This document shows, in pieces, positions 1 through 11,900 of a stretch of 64,000 nt of DNA; the stretch's first letter is position 1, and each line of letters opens with the position of its first letter. Source of the DNA: Raja brachyura (lineage: Eukaryota); assembly GCA_963514005.1 (NCBI GenBank), contig OY740800.1, positions 44,826,001-44,890,000 on the forward strand. The letters are read 5' to 3'. The translations under genes and the position numbers were made by a program. The notes under the pieces were generated by a model. The model did no database searches. It was not told the origin of the DNA and saw only the letters and a list, made by a program, of their open reading frames with translations.

Positions 1-92
1 TAATATGATAAACTATGACAGGAAACAGTTTGTTGTTGCATTTTGAAAAATGTCATTTATTTTATTATCGAGACCAAGATGCTGGGATCTTG

Positions 93-257
93 ATGCCCCG
101 CAAAAAGAAAACTATCAGATCCAAGAAGCCACCCCTGCTGTTTGTGGAGAGCCCACTGAAGAGAGAACAGTACAAGCAAGTCCTGTCTCTACCGTCTGTG
201 ACATACCCTCGGCAAGTTTCCTGTATACCCATTGACCAGAGATCTGCGCACACATGG
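93..257 (+). CDS. RHNO1: RHNO1 coding exon 1 (MPRKKK...SAHTW)
   Basis: MPRKKKTIRSKKPPLLFVESP...RQVSCIPID...TW resembles the RHNO1 N-terminus; donor GTATG at 258, phase 0; probable acceptor AG at 71-72. Confidence 0.88.
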
Positions 258-277
258 GTATGTTTTTTGTGTGAAGG

Positions 278-445
278 AGGGAGTTAGATGTGGCCCTTGT
301 GGCTAGAGGGATCAGGGGGTATGGAGAGAAGGCAGGTACAGGATACTGAGTTGGATGGTCAGCCATGATCATATTGAATGGTGGGTGGTGCAGGCTTGAA
401 GGGCTGAATGGCCTACTCCTGCACCTATTTTCTATGTTTCTATGA
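278..445 (+). mobile_element. CR1-type LINE 3' end fragment
   Basis: RELDVAL..GIRGYGEKAGTGY-type ORF2 end plus 3' UTR ending tttctatgtttctatg; matches the longer copies at 20802-21298 and 56716-57389. Confidence 0.8.
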
Positions 446-451
446 TTAAAC

Positions 452-631
452 CGAAGATAGACACAAAAAGCTGGAGTAACTCAGCGGGTCAGACAGTATC
501 TCTAGTGAACAGGAATTGGTGAGGTTTTGGACTGAGATTGAAGAAGGGTCTTGACCCAAAACGCCACCGATTCCTTTTCTCCAGAGATGCTGTCTGACCC
601 GCTGAGTTACTCCAGCTTTTTGTGCCTATCT
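452..631. mobile_element. Palindromic mini-Penelope insertion
   Basis: Inverted arms (agatagacacaaaaagctggagtaactcagcggg / cccgctgagttactccagctttttgtgcctatct) made of the Penelope 3' terminal sequence. Confidence 0.7.
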
Positions 632-865
632 ACTACATAATTCTAAATTGCCTCGTATTTCCAATTAAAATATTGTGGGTTTGACTTGCATTGGGACAAC
701 TTCCAACAATCCCACCACCCACACCTCCACCATACATGTTGCAATGTACCTGATTTTGACAATTCATTGTGAGGAGTATTTCAAAAGTAGTTTTTCCGGG
801 AGCAAATTCATTTTGGATGAAAATGAAACTAAGTTATTCAGTGATCATTATTTGTATTCATGCAT

Positions 866-1168
866 TTAGAGACACAGCATAGAAACAGGCCCTGTGGCCT
901 ACTGAGTCCACGTCGACCACCCGTTCACACTAGTTCTATGTTATCCCACTTTCTCATCCACTCCCTACACACCAGGAGGCAATGTACAGAGGACGATTAA
1001 CCTGCAAACCCACACGTCTTTGGAATGTAGGAAACCGGAGCACCCGGACAAAACCCACACAGTCTCAGGGAGAACGTGCAGAATGCACACAAGCAGCTCC
1101 TAAAGTCAGGATCGAACCGGGTCTCTGGTGTTGCGAGGCACCAACTCTACCAGCTGCGCCACTGTGCA
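866..1168 (-). mobile_element. tRNA-derived V-SINE (HE1-like)
   Basis: On the minus strand: A box tggcgcagctgg, B box ggttcgatcc, V-domain cgttctcc..tgggttt..ccgggtgctccggtttcct, CR1-like tail. Confidence 0.8.
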
Positions 1169-1281
1169 TTATTGATTGACAGCCATGTAAATTGTGCCAC
1201 AGTTGCAAGGATGGAAAGTAGAAACTATTTGGATATTTAGAACTGATATGAGTTATGCTTCTTCCTCTCGTCACCATGCAG

Positions 1282-2115
1282 GTGTTGCCAGAGTTTCAGA
1301 TCACAACGGCTCAAGGACCTAGACGAGAACAAAAATCTGATGGAGCAAAACAACGTTGCAGCTACAACAAATTGCGCGCTCCATCAAAAACAGGGTCTGT
1401 GAAAAAACTGCATGTGAACTTTGTTCCTTTGACCTTCGTGGGCAGTGGAGGGATACCTGTTCAGAAGGAGAACCGCAATGTTCGGCTTAACACCAGTCAG
1501 CAAATTCCAACCCATGGACAAGCCATATTCCAAGCAAATAAATCCTCACTCATGGGAAGTGGCAAACGAGGATGTGGAGTTGACACTTTTGGCAAAGCTC
1601 AGAATTCAGAGGCGTTGGACAAGCAGAAATGTAGAGAAAGATTTGCAGCAAAGCGACGCTTGGTTGGCAAAAGTACAGTTCGAAATGCAGCAGAGAAGAT
1701 CTCTAGGCTCTGCCCTCCGATGAATGGTGTCAACGATCAGGCAGATGCAGACTCGGACGAAACAGAGATCTCTTTCTCGGAGAACCTCTCTCGCTCAATC
1801 GATGAGGCATTTACCCTGCCACAAGTTAGCACTCCCATTGTTGGTGGCTTATCCTCGCCAGCCATCGTCAAGAACAATATTTGCAGTAGATTAAGAAGTA
1901 GTGGATTGAATAAACACAAAGCACCTCCTGGACTGTTAGACTGCTTGGACAAGAGTTCTGGACGAAAGGAAGACGTTTCTGAACATGTTTTGGTCCAGGA
2001 CACGCCAGAACATGAATATGGTCGCAAAGCAACTTGGCAAAGGCGACCACATATCATGCAGTACTTGATGGATCACGGAAAATTGAACACCACTGATGTG
2101 TTTGTTGGCTCTTGA
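1282..2115 (+). CDS. RHNO1: RHNO1 coding exon 2 (RAD9-HUS1-RAD1-interacting nuclear orphan 1)
   Basis: Acceptor CAG at 1279-1281; splicing gives TW|VLPEF (human SWVSPDF motif); C-terminal VLVQDTPEHEYGRKATWQRRPHIMQYL matches the conserved RHNO1 tail; adjacent to TULP3 as in human. Confidence 0.9.
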   Translation: MLPEFQITTAQGPRREQKSDGAKQRCSYNKLRAPSKTGSVKKLHVNFVPLTFVGSGGIPVQKENRNVRLNTSQQIPTHGQAIFQANKSSLMGSGKRGCGVDTFGKAQNSEALDKQKCRERFAAKRRLVGKSTVRNAAEKISRLCPPMNGVNDQADADSDETEISFSENLSRSIDEAFTLPQVSTPIVGGLSSPAIVKNNICSRLRSSGLNKHKAPPGLLDCLDKSSGRKEDVSEHVLVQDTPEHEYGRKATWQRRPHIMQYLMDHGKLNTTDVFVGS

Positions 2116-2221
2116 ACTTGCGTACCAATAGTTTTGTTATGAAGATTGTAATCTATGTATTTTAAACGTCACCATTGATATTGTGATTAAATCAGTTTAC
2201 CTGGATTGTGGTGAAGGTAAG

Positions 2222-2227
2222 AATAAA
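2222..2227 (+). terminator. Candidate RHNO1 polyadenylation signal (a second AATAAA lies at 2995-3000)
   Basis: AATAAA about 107 nt after the stop codon. Confidence 0.5.
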
Positions 2228-2267
2228 TAACAGCGTTGCCCTTTAAGTGATAACCATGAACATTGCA

Positions 2268-2454
2268 AGTAGACAAAAATGCTGGATAAACTCAGCGGGT
2301 GAGGCAGCATCTATGGAGCGAAGGAATAGGTGACGTTTCGGGTCTCGACCCGAAACGTCACCTATTCCTTCGCTCCATAGATGCTGCCTCACCTGCTGAG
2401 TTTCTCCAGCATTTTTGTCTAGCATCGATTTTTCCAACATCTGCAGTTCTTTCT
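2268..2454 (+). mobile_element. Hairpin mini-Penelope with 17-bp target-site duplication
   Basis: Near-perfect palindrome of about 150 nt centred on gggtctcgaccc, plus about 35-nt tail; TSD taaccatgaacattgca at 2251-2267 and 2455-2471. Confidence 0.85.
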
Positions 2455-3073
2455 TAACCATGAACATTGCAGTGTGGCTTATTCAAACCATTTTCTTTGA
2501 GTCTAAAAATTAAAACTGCAATGTTTGCATCTCGCATATCAAGACATTTTCTGCCCAGATTCACTTTAAATACCTGAAGTGTGTTCAGATTGGTGCCAGA
2601 ACATTATTGTTCGCTAACACCCACAGTATTGTGGTGTTGCGAGACTTGATCAGTGATCTGTGTTAAAGGATCATCAGGCTGTCAAACTAAGAGTGTTTTG
2701 CATTTGTTCCAGATTGTTGGAAGAATAGTAATTTTGGACTGCAATCTAAAAGAGTCCTATATCATGGGTTTATTCAGTTCCAAATTAATTCTCATGGGTA
2801 TAGATCTTGTCATAAAACTGCTCGAAATCTGGAAGTAAAGTGGCGATTTGAAGACTGTTGGTTTGTGAAATGGAAAGATGTCAGAGTTATTACCTTACTT
2901 TTGTATTTAATTAGGGCAACAGTTGACACTTTTACACTTCTATGTGAATACGTACTTTTCCTACATTCTTTGACTCAAATGTGCAGCAAAATGAAATAAA
3001 ATTGCAGAAATTAAAGCATAATGTTATGAAGAATATTTCCCTTTTAAGTGATATTCAGAAAAAGTAATTGTGT

Positions 3074-3451
3074 GGGAGATTGCAACCTTCTCGTGGTCCG
3101 CCCTGTTTCAACGAATGCAATCAACCTGGCTTGCACGGGGTGGAAGATTGCAACCTTCACGTAGTCCGCCCTGTTTCAACTAATGCAATCACCCGGCGCG
3201 CACAATCAAATAAGATCAAATAGAACAAGTTGTCCTACAACGTTAGGCTGTGCATACCATACGTAAGAAGAAGAACCTGTCGTGCACAATCAAATAAGAT
3301 CAAATAGAACAAGTTGTCCTACAACGTTAGGCTGTGCATACCATACGTAAGAAGAAGAACCTGTCGTGCACAATCAAATAAGATCAAATAGAACAAGGTG
3401 TCCTACAACTTTAGACTGTGCACGCCATACGCAAGAAGAAGAAGAAGAAGA
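3074..3451 (+). repeat. Short retroposon with (GAA)n tail, internally tandem-duplicated
   Basis: 5' module gattgcaaccttc..tgcaatca occurs twice and the 3' module (about 87 nt) three times; ends in (gaa)n; a monomer lies on the minus strand at about 54247-54373. Confidence 0.7.
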
Positions 3452-6329
3452 AAAAGTAATGAAAACACTTTTAACCACACTTTATCCCTACATTTTTAAT
3501 AGGATATTGAATTGTTTTTTAGTTGCCTTTCTTCTCGTTGTTATTTGAGTAAAATCGAATGAGGGTAAAGAACAAGAGGTGCAGCAGAATTTAATAAACG
3601 TGAGAATTCAATCTGTTGCCAGATTTCCAGACAATTTTGTCTAAATTGAACATGATTTGGTCCAGGTGTGCATGCGTTTCTGAAACTTTGGCTTGCTTGA
3701 CTTGAATTTTGTCATCCTGGATTCTGACCACTCCATGGTTGCTATCTCGAGTGTTCAGAACGTGAAAAGCAGCAACTGTAGAGCTATAGGCTGACGGGAC
3801 TTTATTGTTGGGATCCTGAGGGGTTATAGTATATAATCTGATTCTCCACAGCGATTTAAAATTTTGGATTCTGTGCAAAACAAAAAGGTTCTCGAGGCTT
3901 TTTCCATTAATTTTGCTGAGGAAAATTAGGCAACTGAAATGATAGAAAGTTTGCAATAAAAGGAAGTTGGTCTATCACATGTGTGGATTGGGTGAAAAAG
4001 ACTACCTAACCTAATGCCACCTTCCTGCACTTGATCTGCAGTCTTGCCGATCATGGCTCTCCGCATACACGTACAATGAGGCCACAAGCAAACTGTAGGA
4101 ACTGAAACTTGTATTCGGCTTGAGTACCTCACAACCCAATGGTATGATGATTGAATTTTCTAATCTTAATGGCAACCCCTCCCCCCCCCCCTTTCTCCAC
4201 CCCCTCTTTCCTGTTCCCCTCAATCCCCCCCCCCCCCCCCCCCCACTCTTACCTGCCTTCACATAATCCAAAAGTCTCCTGACTGCCACTAACTAGTCAT
4301 AACATAGAATACAACAGAAGGGAGGTTGGGGTACATTTATAACTACAGTTCTGGTCACCACAGTACAGGATGGATATGATTACAATGAGCAAGGTTCTGG
4401 GGTGTTTCAGCTGGGTAGGCTGGGTTGTTTTCTTTGGAGCACAGCAAGCTCAGGTGAGCGGGGGTTGTTTGAGGTGCACACTAGTACAAGAAGTGTAGAG
4501 GACATATAGAAAAAAATCCCCCTTAGCAGAGGTGCCCCAAGACCAGAAGGTACAGGTTTAAGATAAGGGTGAGGGATTTTTTTTCACCCAAAGAGGTTAA
4601 AATTTGGAACACACTGCCTGAAGGAGTAGTTGAGGCAAATACACTCACAGCATTGAAGACATTTTTACATGAGCACTTTATATGCCATGACTTACAAACT
4701 ACGGGCTGAATGCTGGAACTGGGATTAGTTTAGCTAGGTATTTGATGGCTGGCATGGAAACAGTGGACGAAAGGATTTGTTTTTCTTCTGTTTGATACCA
4801 TGAGTCTGAAAGGAATTGTTGAGTTTTGGATCTCTGATCTTTGCATTTCATTGAAGATTGGCCGAGAGGTGATCGAATGGAGGTTCTCAAAATGAGGTTG
4901 GTATATACCAATTAATTAATTTATCTCGTGGTGTAATGCAAACTAGGGAATGTTATTTTAACAGTAAGAACCAGGCCAGAAAATAACATGGCAGCTTTTT
5001 TGACGGGTGATGCTCATCTGATGTGATGGCCAGAAGGCAGTCTGTGCTTTGCTGCCCAGCAGCTAAAGACTGTGAGCAACTGAGGTGCCCGGTCCATCAC
5101 AGGTACTGACCTCCCCACCATCGAAGGGATCTAGAGGAAGCACTGCCTCAAAGTCGCCCAGCATCATCAAAGACCCACAACACCCTGGCCACTCTCTCAT
5201 TTCGACCAGACCATTGGGAAGATGATACAGGAGTCGGAAAACCGTGACAACCAGGCTCAATAACAGCTTTTTCCCAACAACCATCAGACACTTGAACAGT
5301 ACACAACACTATCCTCACCAACTATGAACTACCTTGGTTACACTTTTCACTTGTTTTAGAGTTGTGCATTGATTTTCACTTTCAAAAATAAGCTTTATAC
5401 AGAACAAAAATATATATACACAAAACAAACTCTTCATTCATTCCCATTGTCTATACATTCAATGGCATCATACTCAGTAATGTTCACAAGTATTAATTCA
5501 TGATTTTGTTTGTTTATGATAAATCATCAATGTGTATTGTCTTTGCAGGTTGTTGAGGTGCTGAACACAAGAACTCAATTGTTCTGTTGTCAGACAAACA
5601 TTCTTGAGGTGATATCAGGACCTGCAAAGAAGATTTCTGAGGATGTTGCAAGGACTAGAGGGTCTGAGCTATAGGGAGTGGTTGGGTAGGCGAGGACTTT
5701 ATTCCTTGGAATGCAGGAGGCCGAGGAGTGATCCTATAGTGGTGTATTAAATCATAAGGGGAATAGGGTGAATGTATAGTCCTTTTATCCATAGTTTTAT
5801 TTAGGAGAATCAAGAACCAGAGGACATAGGTTTAAGGCAAGGGTTCCCAACCTGGGGTAAATCTTCCCCCCAGGGAGTATATTTCACCTACCCAGCGGGT
5901 AAATTTTTTGATTCTGGATTTGTACACATTTTTTCTCATTGACTGACTGTGTTTGGTTCTGGTATACCGGTATCTGTTCATTCAACGCACAGGTAAAGGG
6001 TTTATCTTGCATTTAGTGCAAGATATAACATTGACAATAGGAACGTGAGATGCAACTATTTTCCACAGAGAGGGTGGCTGGTATAAGGAACGGGATGCCA
6101 GAGAGGGGGTATGTGTAGGAAGGAACTGCAGATGCTGGTTTTTAAACTGAAGATAGACACAAAGTGCTGGGGTAACTCAGCGGGTCAGGCAGCATCTCTG
6201 GAGAAAAAGAATAGGTGACGTTTTGGGTCGAGACCCTTGTTCACAAGAGGTAGTTGAGGCACATACGATAACGACATTTGGACTGGATGTTTAGAGGGGA
6301 GTGGGTCAAATGTGGGCAGGTCGGACCAG

Positions 6330-7460
6330 TGTAGATGGGGCATGTTTGATCGGCATGGGCAAGTTGGGACGAAGGTCCTGTTTCTGTGCCGTAGATGGGA
6401 TATGTTGGGCCAAAGGGCTTGTTTCAGTACTGTGGATGGGATATGTTGGTCGGTATGGACAAGTTGCGCCGAAGGGCCTGTTTTTGTGCTGTAGATGGAA
6501 TATGTTGGTCGGCATGGGGTGGTTGGGCCGAAGGGCCTGTTGCCGTGCTGTGGATGGGACATGTTGGTCCACATGGGGTAGTTGGGCCGAAGGGCTTGTT
6601 GCCGTGCCCTGGATGGGATATGTTGGTCCGCATGGGGTGGTTGGACCGAAGGGCCTGTGGATGGGGTATGTTGGTCAGCATGGACAAGTTGGGCCGAAGG
6701 GCTTGTTGTCGTGCTGTGGATAGGATCTGTTGGTCAGCATGGGGTGGTTGGGCCGAAGGGCTTGTTGCCGTGCTGTGGATGGGATCTGTTGATCGGTATG
6801 GATGAGTTGGGCCGAAGGGCCTGTTGCCGTGCTGTGGATGGGGATCTGTTGGTCAGCATGGGGTGGTTGGGCCGAAGGGCCTGTTGCCGTGCTGTGGATG
6901 GGATCTGTTGGTCGGCATGGGGTGGTTGGGCCGAAGGGCCTGTTGTCGTGCTGTGGATGGGATCTGTTGGTCAGCATGGGGTGGTTGGGCCGAAGGGCCT
7001 GTTGCCGTGCTGTGGATAGGATCTGTTGGTCAGCATGGGGTGGTTGGGCCGAAGGGCTTGTTGCCGTGCTGTGGATGGGATCTGTTGGTCAGCATGGGGT
7101 GGTTGGGCCGAAGGGCTTGTTGCCGTGCTGTGGATGGGATCTGTTGGTCGGTATGGATGAGTTGGGCCGAAGGGCCTGTTGCCGTGCTGTGGATGGGGAT
7201 CTGTTGGTCAGCATGGGGTGGTTGGGCCGAAGGGCCTGTTGCCGTGCTGTGGATGGGATCTGTTGGTCGGCATGGGGTGGTTGGGCCGAAGGGCCTGTTG
7301 TCGTGCTGTGGATGGGATCTGTTGGTCGGCATGGGGTGGTTGGGCCGAAGGGCCTGTTGCCGTGTTGTGGATGGGGATCTGTTGGTCAGCATGGGGTGGT
7401 TGGGCCGAAGGGCCTGTTGCCGTGTTGTGGATGGGATCTGTTGGTCGGCGTTGGGGAGAA
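6330..7460. repeat. 59-bp minisatellite (about 19 units) derived from the CR1/SINE 3' tail
   Basis: Unit gggccgaagggcctgttgccgtgctgtggatgggatctgttggtcagcatggggtggtt, continuous with a CR1 3' end upstream; explains the repetitive ORFs at 6185-8164. Confidence 0.9.
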
Positions 7461-7484
7461 GGGCCCGGGTTCAGTACTGTGTGC

Positions 7485-7975
7485 CTGTGACTACAACTAC
7501 AGTGGCGGCTTTAGCTTACATTGGCGGGCGCCAGCGAGCCTCCGGCCCCCGCGGGGACAGCGGCGTCTCCCTCCCTCCCTCCCTCCCGCCATTGAGCGCC
7601 GCGCGCGCGTGCGTGACGCGCCGAGCCGAGGCGCAGGGCCAATGGGGGCGGCGGTTGTTGGCCGGTGCGTTGCTAGGGGCCGGAGCTCTGGGAGTGAGGC
7701 CGGAGCCCGGGGACGACACAGCACCCCAGCGCCGGGAGACCGAACCGTGCCGCCGGCAGCCGCACGGCCCCAGCACCGGGACACGGCCTCAGCAGCGGGG
7801 ACACCGGCACACGGGGGGGGGGCAGGACGCCAGCCCCATCGGGAGACGAGGACACCGGGATACGGTCCCAGCAGCAGCCGCCGTCGCCAACTACAACATC
7901 ATAGCAACGGCGCCCAAAGATGTCCTACTACAGCGTGAGGTAGGGAGAGGGCGGCCGAGCGGGCAACCGTGCGGG
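7485..7975 (+). promoter_or_regulatory. CpG-island promoter and 5' UTR of TULP3
   Basis: Very GC/CpG-rich; CCAAT at 7639-7643, TGACG at 7614-7618, RFX-like GTTGCTAGG at 7669-7677; directly precedes the first coding exon. Confidence 0.75.
7920..7939 (+). CDS. TULP3: TULP3 coding exon 1 (MSYYSV+AG)
   Basis: ATG in the CpG island; donor GTAGGG in phase 2 matches the phase of exon 2; short, so less certain. Confidence 0.65.
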
Positions 7976-7977
7976 GA

Positions 7978-8073
7978 GGGTTACACAAAAGTGCTGGAGA
8001 AACTCAGCGGGTGCAGCAGCATCTATGGAGCGAAGGAGATAGGCGACGTTTCGGGTCGAGACCCTTCTTCAGA
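7978..8073 (-). mobile_element. Mini-Penelope insertion in TULP3 intron 1
   Basis: Matches the Penelope end; 14-bp TSD caaccgtgcgggga at 7964-7977 and 8074-8087. Confidence 0.85.
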
Positions 8074-8841
8074 CAACCGTGCGGGGACAGCGGGCTACTT
8101 GCTGGGCAATGGGCTGACTCTCCCAATATGTCCCCACATGTGGGGTCCTGCTCCCTTGGGCTAATAATATATCGCCCAGTATTTTACTAAATGCGCACAA
8201 TGCTTATGGCTCATCGTGAAAGGTCTCAACTCCTTAAGAAATGTTTGCATTTCTTCACAGGAGAGGGAAAAAAATGGTATTCCTATGAAGTGGTGCGCTT
8301 ATTTTGGCTGAAAATCTCTTCTATTTTTTGATGTGCAGGCGTTATTTACTGCGATGGTTTCTGTCCATCTTTTGTGTTTGCCAAATCATAGCCTCAGTAG
8401 AAATCGCGTTGCTATTTAGTGCCATATTGTTCTGCTCAGTGTGAGAGAGAATTTGCTAATGCATTTGTAATCTATCTTTACAAAAGCTTCTACTATACCA
8501 TTGAAACACTTTGTACATTTGTTTTGTGTTTCGGTAGCTGTCGGAGAGGGATATCATTTATTATGGTCTTGTGGCTCAGCTGTCATTCATGGCAGGGTTA
8601 GTGCGAATGTGAGCTTTATTGATTTAAGATTTGGTCACTCAAATGGTAGAGATAAAGAAATGAGTCACTTTTTATGTAGCAAAAACAAGTACAGGGGCTG
8701 GACAGTCAGTATCTGTAGAGAGAAATGGACAGTTGATATATTGGGTTGAGATCTATCATCCAGCTGCTCTCCTTTATTTAGCTGCAGGCTGGATGAAGGG
8801 TCTTGTCCAAATACTTTGACTGTCCATTTCCTTCCATAGTT

Positions 8842-8937
8842 CAGTCTGAAGAAGGGTTTCGGCCCGAAACGTTGCCTATCTCCTTCGCTCCTTAGATGCT
8901 GCTGCACCCGCTGAGTTTCTCCAGCCTTTTGTGTACG
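8842..8937 (+). mobile_element. Mini-Penelope insertion nested in an older copy
   Basis: cagtctgaagaagggtttcggcccgaaacgttg...; 14-bp TSD ttccttccatagtt at 8828-8841 and 8938-8951. Confidence 0.85.
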
Positions 8938-11900
8938 TTCCTTCCATAGTTGACCTGACCCTCTGAGTTTTTCCAGATCTATTTTATTTTGCCACAGATT
9001 CCAACATCTGTAGGCTTTTGTGCCACCTTCGTACTGTTTAAAGACAAAATAGCTGCAGAAATCCAGATGCATTGCTTTGAGATTTCTCAGTGTGGCTTTT
9101 TGGTTTATGGTTTTCGTTGGTCAGTTTAAAAAAAAAAGGCCATGGTTGATTTTTTAAAAAGATACAGATGCTTGTTAAAGGACAATGATACCACCCCTTA
9201 GATAATATTTCTGCTTTGCCATTTGTTTATTGCAAAACAGTGTTGAAGACCATTTTAACTTTGTACATATACTTTTAGTAATACCACATTATTGTGACGT
9301 CATAACCTGGATTATACAAGATACTGTGCATCATTAAAAGTCAATTTCCATATATAGCGTCAGAATTATGACCGATGTCACAATATTCACAAAGCTCTGA
9401 TGCCTTGTTGAATCATAAAGCATCTTTTAGTATCAATGCAAGCACAGGGGAATTAATTCTTTATTTCACTTGGCCTGTAGATAAAATGTCTTAATCTTAC
9501 CATTGCTTTCTTGCATTCTTGCTTTCTCGTCCTTCTGTAAACCTGCCCTCTCTATCTCTCGCTCTTAATTGCCTCCAGTCTGAATTCAGTCCTACAGTTG
9601 TAATCTATCTATGGCACATTTCTAATTAGTCTGAAGGACTAAACTCTGAAATCTTCTACCTGTCAATCCTTATTTAAGACGTTCTTCAAATTAATCTGCC
9701 CTAATATCTTCATGTGCGCTTTGGCATCATTGTTTATAAATGGTCTTCTGAGGTGCCCAGATTGTGAACCATCAAATAAGCGTGCTAGTTGTGGATTTCA
9801 TTCTGTATGTTCCATGTTCAGTTACTCGACCAGTAACCATGAGGCATGGATTTGTAATCCAGCAACATATGACTTTTATGTAGGAAATAACTGCAGATGC
9901 TGGTTTAAATCGAACATGGTCACAAAATGCTGGCGTAACTCAGCGGGACAGGCAGCATTTCTGGAGAGAAGGAATGGGTGACCTTTCTGGTCGAGACCCT
10001 TCTTCCTGACCTTTCGGGTCGAGACCTCTTATGAATTTTAATATAGTTAATTAATAATTTGTGTTAAATTGTTAACGATCAGTAATGGTGGCGTGAAGTT
10101 ATTGGATTGTGTGTAAACCTGTCAGGTTAACAAATAGAGCTGCAAAAGTCTGAAGAAAGGTCCTGACCAACATCGTCTAACCATTCCACAGATGCTACTT
10201 GATCCGCTGAGTTACTCCAGCACATTGTGTTTTGCTGTTTGGTTCACACCGTTTCCTGATGCAGTGTTATGGTTGGTGCTTAACTTCCCCCTACAATAAC
10301 CTTGTACCCCACATTCCTGGATGAAGCTGCAAAATTAAAATTAGGCAGACCACAAGTACTAGATTTGGGCCAACAAATGCATCCCCCTCTGGCTGGCACT
10401 GAAGAGTCCACCTTTTTGAACAGTTGGTGCTAGTGAGTAAATTGGAAACTTTGGAATGGGTACTGGTCAGTAGAATAAGTGCCTAGATAGTGCAATTCAG
10501 CTCAGTGCAAACTAACTAACGTTCTGTACAGTTGCAACACGGCATCCCATTTCTTGTTCTCATTGCCTTGTCCTATGAAGGCAAGCTTATCAAACACTCT
10601 TTTCACTACCCTGTACATCTGTGTTGCCACCCCTGTACCGTGGACCGCCACCCCAATTGGAAAAAACTTAACAGATAGATCAGCACAAAACCGTAAAAGT
10701 GGCGGAAGGTAGTAATCCCGTAAAAAATAGAACCGAATATAGGCCTGCAGTAATGCTTTATTCACTGTGAATGGTAGTGGACAACATATCAACTGAAGGG
10801 AGTAGGAAATGTCAAGTATATTCCATCCTCAACAGCGGAACCTAGCAGTTAGGCATCTTTCTTTACTATTAGGATGCAAAGTGATGGAGTAACTCAGTGG
10901 GCCAGGCAACATTTTTTGAGAAAATGGAAAGGTAACATTTGTGGTTGGGACCCTTCTTCAGACCCAAAAAATATCACCTGCCTGTTCTCCAGAGATGCAG
11001 CCTGACATGCTGAGTTACTCCAGCACTTTGTGTCCTTTTGTGTATTTGTCTTACAAGCATCTGCAGTTCCTTGTTTCTTTATTTACTATTATCTATTTAA
11101 ATAACATTCAGTTAAATTTCTCACCTTTATTAGTCAATCCCCCCCCCCCCATCATTGTATTCTGTTTTTATTTGTGTTATGTTTGATTTCTGCAGAAATA
11201 TTAGTTTCATGTTTTAATCATTTCCTTATTGGGATGAATCTTGCCCGGGTGATATCGGTGGTTCCGACCTGAACTGCTGAAGTCAACCTACGATCTTGGT
11301 GTTTGCACTAAGTGATGCCACATTTGTGCCTGTTGGCTGAAATCCCACCACAAAGACCGGTCTTGCCTCTCTGGTCATATAGCAGGCCACGGCCTGAGTG
11401 GAATTGGAAAAACCCCGTTGATTTCAATGGGATTCCAAGGCTGCAGATGAGGAAGCAAAGGGAAAGTAAACACATGCTTAGAATAATTTTGGTTTAATTT
11501 TGTTAATTCTTTTTGTGTTTTTAATTAACCATGTTGTAATTCCTATTTTAAAAATACCTCAGTTATCGTGATTTTTGAATGATTCTGAATGTTGAAACTC
11601 TCCCAGAGCCAAAGCTCCACCCCTTCCAGCTTTTCCTCTGGCAGAGTGGACAGGACATTCCAGAGACAGGGAGGCTGCTGCCTGAGGCCTCGACACTGCC
11701 TGAATTAAGTGTGCGGGGGCTAGTGAGATTGGCCCTCCATAGCTGGGCAGGCAGCCAGATCACACATGGTCCAGCCCAGTCTCTTCCTCCCACACATTCA
11801 TGCATTTATGAATCTGCCTCTTGCCGGTGTGTGTTTATGGAAATATTTTGAACAGAATCTTTCTAAGCTATTCTTGACTATGTCAGTATAGCTTCATGAT

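Noticed and set aside
6330-7460. CRISPR-like regular repeat
   Set aside because: Units are contiguous with no unique spacers, there are no cas genes and the context is eukaryotic
6185-8164. Long ORFs (378 aa and 446 aa) with repeated Cys/Trp/Gly motifs
   Set aside because: They result from the stop-poor 59-bp tandem array and the GC-rich CpG island; no protein family resemblance
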